This document shows, piece by piece, positions 58,580 to 64,000 of a stretch of 64,000 nucleotides of DNA. Under the pieces are notes generated by a model. It was not told the origin of the DNA. It saw only the letters and a program-made list of their open reading frames with translations, and made no database searches. Position 1 is the stretch's first letter. Every line of letters begins with the position of its first letter. Origin of the DNA: Chitinophagaceae bacterium. GTDB lineage: Bacteria; Bacteroidota; Bacteroidia; Chitinophagales; Chitinophagaceae. The stretch is taken from NCBI GenBank assembly GCA_039927535.1, contig JBDSUW010000107.1:382-64381 (forward strand), written 5' to 3'. Position numbers and translations under genes: made by a program.

Positions 58580-58621
58580 CCCGCCTGACCATATTATTAA
58601 TAAATATTGTAGCCGGGCATG
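58580..58621 (-). repeat. Second copy of the REP-like palindromic element
   Basis: CATGCCCG-(AT-rich hairpin)-TCAGGCGGG followed by GAT, with the same ends as 35635-35661. Confidence 0.6.
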
Positions 58622-58728
58622 GTCTGTTGTGTCACTCACTTCATCATTCAGTAATTCTCCTCGGCAGTTTGTAAAAATCATTTATAAATAGTATTATTTT
58701 GTAATTTTAAACATCTAATAAAAAAGAA

Positions 58729-58962
58729 ATGACAAAAATTTCTGGATTTCTTTTGAAGCTGATGACAAATAGTTTTATTGTCTCATTAATTGCGGTAGTA
58801 GTAGCTTATTTAGGCAATCAAAATTCTTTGGGTTTTCAACTAATCGGATTTATTGGATTCTATAGTACGATCATAACAATCTGGCTGGCTATTTTACATC
58901 TACTTTCAATTATTTTAGGCAACATTTTGAAATTTATAGATTCTTTCTTAAAGAAAAAGTAG
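58729..58962 (+). CDS. Small hypothetical membrane protein
   Basis: 77 aa, two TM segments, A-rich start context. Confidence 0.5.
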   Translation: MTKISGFLLKLMTNSFIVSLIAVVVAYLGNQNSLGFQLIGFIGFYSTIITIWLAILHLLSIILGNILKFIDSFLKKK

Positions 58963-59003
58963 ATTTCAAAACATACAGTTCAATTTAGAATTTTGCTATT
59001 TTC

Positions 59004-60023
59004 TCAATACTGAAAAAATATCTCCGTAGCTCCATAACCAAAACTCGGATGAAACTGGTTGACAAATGATTTTACTTCTCTTTTTAATCGAAGCTTTTCA
59101 TGTATCTCATCCCGCAACACTCCTTCCCCAACTCCATGGATAACAGTTAATGAAGGCTGATGATGTAAAACAGATAATTGATAGTACTTTTCAAAAGCTT
59201 TTAACTGCGTACTTAATATATCAAAGTTGCTAAGGTGCTTCCAATCGTCTAATAATTTTTCAATATGCAGATCAACAACAGTTCTGGCAGGCTCCAGATG
59301 TTGTCTTCCTTTTGAAGCATCATAAATTTTATATCCTCTGTCAGCCAGCCTTCCCATTTCCACTACATCTTCCACCTGCTTATTAGGATAGTTTTCAAAA
59401 AGCAATTGCGAAAAAGTTGCTTCATTGTTTTTCTTCAACTCTTCAATTTTTGCAAAAAGTTGCTTGGGCTTAAGTTTAACGGATGCTTCAAAATGAGCTG
59501 CCTTATGTTTTGATGGTATAATCAACGAAAAATCAAATTCAAAACTTGGGCTATCATTCAAATTTGCAAAATCAATATCATGCAAATAAAAATCTTCAAA
59601 AGGATGAATACTGTTCTTTAAGTCAAAATCAGGTTTGCCAAAATAATGCAGTTTGTAAACAAAATGAAAAGCTGTTTCTGAACGGTTCACCAAATGCAGT
59701 TTTAATTCTTCCACCACATCATCGCCAAACTCATCTGTATTCATTACGGGTAAAAAAGCTAACCATACACCATCGGCTACTTGTTTATCTTTTGACAATT
59801 TTTCTTTTCGCATATCATCTACATATTGCTTTTCTTTTTTTGTGGGAACTATCTTCTTTTCTGAAAAACGTTTAAAGTAAGGGAAATCAACCTGATCCAT
59901 ATATACCGGAAAGGTTACACCTTTTACATCCACCATCAGCATTTTATCATTCATAATGTCCACTACCTGCCCTTCTTCATTTGAATGAAGTAATAATACT
60001 GTATCGCCTATCTGATATTTCAT
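59004..60023 (-). CDS. Smr/MutS-domain protein (DUF2027-like)
   Basis: C-terminal VDLH, VIHGVGEGVLR and GYGAT motifs. Confidence 0.88.
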   Translation of the reverse strand: MKYQIGDTVLLLHSNEEGQVVDIMNDKMLMVDVKGVTFPVYMDQVDFPYFKRFSEKKIVPTKKEKQYVDDMRKEKLSKDKQVADGVWLAFLPVMNTDEFGDDVVEELKLHLVNRSETAFHFVYKLHYFGKPDFDLKNSIHPFEDFYLHDIDFANLNDSPSFEFDFSLIIPSKHKAAHFEASVKLKPKQLFAKIEELKKNNEATFSQLLFENYPNKQVEDVVEMGRLADRGYKIYDASKGRQHLEPARTVVDLHIEKLLDDWKHLSNFDILSTQLKAFEKYYQLSVLHHQPSLTVIHGVGEGVLRDEIHEKLRLKREVKSFVNQFHPSFGYGATEIFFQY

Positions 60024-60110
60024 TTCTCTTCTGCTATGTATAATAAATAAAAATGCCGCACAAAGTTACCAAAGTAAAAATGTGCGGCAGGGTTTTCTAT
60101 TGAAAAAAAA

Positions 60111-61742
60111 TTATTCTATTTCTTTGGCCAGTTTACTATGCTTATAGCTATAAATAAAATAAATAACAAGGCCAGCAGCAAGCCAGATAATAAACCGCAT
60201 CCAAACTTTATGGGTTTCCTGCGACATCAGGTAGAAACAACTAATCATTCCTAAAACTGGCAACAAAGAAAACTTCTTTACAAATGCCATTACTGCCACA
60301 ATAATTGCTATTATCCAAAAGGCAGCCATTGGCCAAGTTTCTATAGTCCAGATATCCTCTGTAAAATGGGATGGTACATTGATGGCAACAATAATAATTG
60401 CTGCAAGTATTATTAAGGGGTAAATAAACTGCCCGTTTATGTACGGCACTTTAAATTTGCTTTCCGGTCTGTTTTTCCTTTGCTGCAATGCCAGTACACC
60501 AGCACAAACTAATACAAAGGCGAATAAGGTGCCGATACTTGTTAACGATATTACTTCATTTAGGTTTAAAAACAAGGCAGGTACTCCCACTACAATACCA
60601 GTAAGTATAGTAGAGAAAGAAGGTGTGCCATACTTAGGATGAATTTTTGAAAATACTTTTGGCAACAACCCATCACGGCTCATACTCATCCAGATTCTTG
60701 GTTGCCCCATTTGAAAAACTAGTAATACACTTGCCGTGGCAATTATGGCACTTACGGCAACTATACCAGAAATAAACTTCATGCCTCTTTCATCAAATAC
60801 CATTGCCAGAGGATCACCAACACTTAACTTTGAGTAATGCACCATACCTGTTAGCACCAATGCCAGCAACACATAAACAATTGTACAAATAATGAGCGAA
60901 TAGATCATCGCCTTCGGCAAATCTCTTTGCGGGTTTTTACATTCTTCGGCTGTGGTAGAGATTGCATCAAAACCAATGTAAGCAAAAAATACAGCAGATA
61001 CACCTTTCATAATTCCTCCAAATCCTTCGGGTGAAAACGGACTCCAGTTTTCAGGATTTATATAAAATGCTCCCAGCACAATTACAAAGAAAATAACTGC
61101 CAGTTTGATGATCACCATAAGGTTACTTGCAGAACGGGATTCTTTTATACCTCTGAAAACGATATAAGTGATCAATGCAACAATCATTAACGCCGGAATA
61201 TCCAGGATGATCCTAAAGCCACCAATTTGTGGTGCATTCAACCATGCGGCTCCCTGGGCTGCTTTGGCAGACATATAATCCATCGTCATCCATTCAGGAA
61301 TGCGCAAACCTGCATTGGCCATCATGTTAGTGAAATAATCACTCCACGAAATCGCAACAGCAATATTACCGATGGCATACTCCATCAATAAATCCCAACC
61401 AATGATCCAGGCAAATATTTCGCCGAAAGCAACGTAAGAATATGTGTAGGCACTACCAGAAACAGGGACTGTAGATGCAAACTCTGCATAACATAAAGCA
61501 GCAAATCCGCAGGCAATTGCCGTAAATAAATAAAGAAAAACAATGCCTGGTCCACCGGCAGATGCTGCAGAACCAATGCCACTGAAGATACCAGCACCGA
61601 TAATTGCTGCGATACCAAAGAAAGTAAGGTCACGGACTCCCAATACTTTTTTCAGACCAGTACCATGTCCGTCCCCATAGCCCTGCTCAGCATCTCTTAA
61701 AATAACGTCAATTGATTTTTTTCTGAATAGTTGATTTGCCAT
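60111..61742 (-). CDS. Amino acid permease (APC/CAT family)
   Basis: GIAAIIGAGIF, YAEFAS.VP.SGSAY and FAYIGFDA motifs. Confidence 0.93.
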   Translation of the reverse strand: MANQLFRKKSIDVILRDAEQGYGDGHGTGLKKVLGVRDLTFFGIAAIIGAGIFSGIGSAASAGGPGIVFLYLFTAIACGFAALCYAEFASTVPVSGSAYTYSYVAFGEIFAWIIGWDLLMEYAIGNIAVAISWSDYFTNMMANAGLRIPEWMTMDYMSAKAAQGAAWLNAPQIGGFRIILDIPALMIVALITYIVFRGIKESRSASNLMVIIKLAVIFFVIVLGAFYINPENWSPFSPEGFGGIMKGVSAVFFAYIGFDAISTTAEECKNPQRDLPKAMIYSLIICTIVYVLLALVLTGMVHYSKLSVGDPLAMVFDERGMKFISGIVAVSAIIATASVLLVFQMGQPRIWMSMSRDGLLPKVFSKIHPKYGTPSFSTILTGIVVGVPALFLNLNEVISLTSIGTLFAFVLVCAGVLALQQRKNRPESKFKVPYINGQFIYPLIILAAIIIVAINVPSHFTEDIWTIETWPMAAFWIIAIIVAVMAFVKKFSLLPVLGMISCFYLMSQETHKVWMRFIIWLAAGLVIYFIYSYKHSKLAKEIE

Positions 61743-61797
61743 CAGTCAGTTGGTTTTGTACTTCAAATTAGGGAAAAATATGTTGGCTGCAAATATT

Positions 61798-62763
61798 TTA
61801 ATGCTCCCTTTTAATGAGGAAATGAGCCAGCTCTTTAAGTGGCTGTTTTCTTTTGGATAAAACTGCAATATCTTCCAGGTGAGTAAATGCTTCGTCGAGG
61901 TATTTATTTTTTAATTGCAGAGCCCATTCATCCACTTTACAATCACGAAAAATCTGTAATACTTTTTCTATTTTATCTTCACTATTTGTTGTTAATAGCT
62001 CTTTTAATTCCTTTTGTTGCGGTGCAGATGCAGATTGCATTGCATGGAGTAAAAGAAAAGTTTTTTTATTAGAAAGAATGTCACCACCTACCTGTTTGCC
62101 AAATTTATCGGGGTCGCCAAATGCATCGAGGTAATCGTCCTGCACTTGAAAAGCAATGCCTAGTTTTTTTCCAAAATCATATAACAGATGCTGATTCCTT
62201 TCTCCTGCCCCGCCAAGAATAGCACCGGTTTGTAAACTAGCTGCTAATGCTACAGATGTTTTCAATGTGATCATACTGATATAAGCATCTATATTCACAT
62301 TATCCATTTTTTCAAAATCCATATCCAGTTGCTGGCCTTCGCAAACTTCCTTCGCTGTTCTATTAAATAATGTAAGAATTGGTTTTAGTTGTTCAACGCC
62401 TATCTTATTTAATTCTTCATATGCTGTTACCAGCATTACATCACCCGCCAGCAAGGCCGTACTATCACCATACTTTGAATGAACTGTTTCCATTCCACGC
62501 CGCAATGGAGCTTTGTCCATGATGTCATCATGTATCAATGTGAAATTATGAAAGAGTTCGATGGCTGTTCCCAAATGCCAGGCATCTTCTTTTATTTCAT
62601 CAAAGAGTTCATTACCCATCAAACATAAAACAGGGCGGATTCTTTTTCCACCAAGATTTAAAAAATATTCATTGGGATCATATAAAGAAGAAGGCTGCAC
62701 CGGAAAATGCCGCTTATCAAAGTGAAGGGCAAATTTTTGTGATAAGAGTTCGAATGATTGCAT
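61798..62763 (-). CDS. Polyprenyl synthetase family protein
   Basis: GGKRIRP, HDDIMD...RRG, GQQLD and FQVQDDYLD motifs; ATG at 62763. Confidence 0.93.
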   Translation of the reverse strand: MQSFELLSQKFALHFDKRHFPVQPSSLYDPNEYFLNLGGKRIRPVLCLMGNELFDEIKEDAWHLGTAIELFHNFTLIHDDIMDKAPLRRGMETVHSKYGDSTALLAGDVMLVTAYEELNKIGVEQLKPILTLFNRTAKEVCEGQQLDMDFEKMDNVNIDAYISMITLKTSVALAASLQTGAILGGAGERNQHLLYDFGKKLGIAFQVQDDYLDAFGDPDKFGKQVGGDILSNKKTFLLLHAMQSASAPQQKELKELLTTNSEDKIEKVLQIFRDCKVDEWALQLKNKYLDEAFTHLEDIAVLSKRKQPLKELAHFLIKREH

Positions 62764-62866
62764 GGCTGTAAATATAAATGAAATACAGATTGTCTGATAT
62801 TTTATGACCCATTTCATGTTTTCTTATGCCTTATCAATCAATCCATTTCCTTAAAAACTGGCTTAT

Positions 62867-62902
62867 AACTAAAAAAATAGTTGTTTAACTAAAAAATTAG
62901 TT
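62867..62902. promoter_or_regulatory. Tandem BlaI-family operators AACTA-N6-TAGTT
   Basis: Two palindromes at 62867-62882 and 62887-62902, 20 bp apart, just upstream of the BlaI-family gene. Confidence 0.75.
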
Positions 62903-62927
62903 TTAGCTTCAATTTCAAATTGAGATT

Positions 62928-63299
62928 ATGCAGCAATTAACAAAAGCAGAAGAACAGGTGATGCAAGCCTTGTGGCAATTAGAGATGGCATTCCTGAGAG
63001 ATATAGTAGAAGCAATGCCTAAACCAAAGCCACACCAAAATACAGTAGCAACTTTATTGAAGATATTGGTAGAAAAAGAATTTGTGGCTATTGAAGTATT
63101 TGGAAGGCAGCACCGCTATTCTCCCATTGTTACAAAAGAAGACTACTCAGGTAAAAGAATAAAACAACTGGCTAAAAATTATTTTGAAGGCTCATTTAGT
63201 AATGTAGTCTCTTACCTCGTAAAAGAAAACAATATTTCGGTAGAAGAATTGGAGACACTGTTGAAGCAAATTAAAAAACAACAAAATCTGCAAAAATGA
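62928..63299 (+). CDS. BlaI/MecI/CopY family transcriptional repressor
   Basis: LTKAEEQVMQALW...NTVATLLKIL.EK...YFEGS. Confidence 0.92.
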   Translation: MQQLTKAEEQVMQALWQLEMAFLRDIVEAMPKPKPHQNTVATLLKILVEKEFVAIEVFGRQHRYSPIVTKEDYSGKRIKQLAKNYFEGSFSNVVSYLVKENNISVEELETLLKQIKKQQNLQK

Positions 63300-64000
63300 A
63301 CCCATTACTTTCATACCTGCTGCAAGTAACCGGCATCTCAGCTATTTTATATGGCTATTACCATATTGCATTGCGAAATAAAAGATTTCATCGCTATAAC
63401 AGGTTCTATTTATTGATAGCAACTGTTATCAGCATCGTTGTGCCTTTTCTGAATATTCCTGTTTACTTTACGGCGCAAGACAATAGCTCCTTTTATGTAT
63501 TGAATACATTAGGTGTTATTTCTTTTTCGGATGGAGCAGAAATAATTGTTTCGGCACCGCCAATACATCAAAGCTGGTTAACGCTGCAAAACATTTTATG
63601 TAGCTTTTATGTTCTTATCATAACACTGTTTGTCCTGCGCATCATTTTATCATTGGTAAGAATAAGGAAGATTGTGTCCTCCCATCCAATAGAAAAAGTT
63701 GATAAGATTAACTTTGTAAATACAGAAGAACCGGGCACACCTTTTTCTTTTTTCCGCTGGCTATTCTGGAATAAAAAGATAGAACTGCAATCTGAAAAAG
63801 GTGAGCAGATATTCCGGCATGAGTTATTTCATATTGAACAAAAGCATAGCCGTGATATTATTTTCCTGGAAATACTAACAGCCATATTCTGGCTCAATCC
63901 TTTTTTCCATCTCATCAAAAAAGAAGTAAAAGCCATTCATGAGTTTCTGGCTGATGAGTTTGCCATTACAGAAAATAAACAGTGGAACTATGCGGAACTG
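63296..64000 (+). CDS. M56 family (BlaR1-like) peptidase, 5' partial (runs off the window; absent from the ORF track)
   Basis: ATGA overlap with blaI; MNPLLSYLLQ...FHRYNRFYLL...PFSFF...HELFHIEQKHS.D...W.NPF...HEFLAD. Confidence 0.9.
   Translation, partial: MNPLLSYLLQVTGISAILYGYYHIALRNKRFHRYNRFYLLIATVISIVVPFLNIPVYFTAQDNSSFYVLNTLGVISFSDGAEIIVSAPPIHQSWLTLQNILCSFYVLIITLFVLRIILSLVRIRKIVSSHPIEKVDKINFVNTEEPGTPFSFFRWLFWNKKIELQSEKGEQIFRHELFHIEQKHSRDIIFLEILTAIFWLNPFFHLIKKEVKAIHEFLADEFAITENKQWNYAEL

Noticed and set aside
58358-58681. 107-aa ORF on the minus strand (and 58069-58323 on the plus strand)
   Set aside because: They overlap the RNase P RNA and repeat elements, so these translations are spurious.
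704-62072. Numerous 60-140-aa ORFs antisense to or nested within long genes
   Set aside because: Shadow ORFs with no motifs or independent expression signals.

Overview
AT-rich chromosomal segment from a Bacteroidota genome, most likely Chitinophagaceae-like. The evidence is TAnnTTTG -7 promoters, a T9SS PorP/SprF gene with a type-B-CTD adhesin, and Bacteroidota-type speA. Housekeeping genes include thrS-infC, rpmI-rplT, pyrE, pyrR-pyrB-coaD, pruA, frameshifted prfB, rluF, rnpB (RNase P RNA), a UbiD-family decarboxylase, a 4-alpha-glucanotransferase and a polyprenyl synthase. These are mixed with envelope and lipoprotein genes and two BlaI/M56 pairs. No rRNA, tRNA, CRISPR array or transposase was seen. 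Three things stand out. (1) A divergent three-gene module: an exported orthocaspase-TPR protein, an output-less CHASE2 membrane protein and an exported partner with a GAVSRG motif, with an 11-bp inverted repeat in the shared spacer; this is a candidate proteolytic signalling system. (2) A decayed four-helix-bundle gene enclosed by inverted heptamer arrays that carry outward-facing promoter motifs, plus cargo-less 7-, 8-, 9- and ~10-mer arrays and a small REP-like insertion elsewhere; together these are a candidate mobile repeat system. (3) A stranded, diverged copy of the amidohydrolase 3' end downstream of rluF, which looks like an integration scar. All family assignments come from motif recognition, not database searches.
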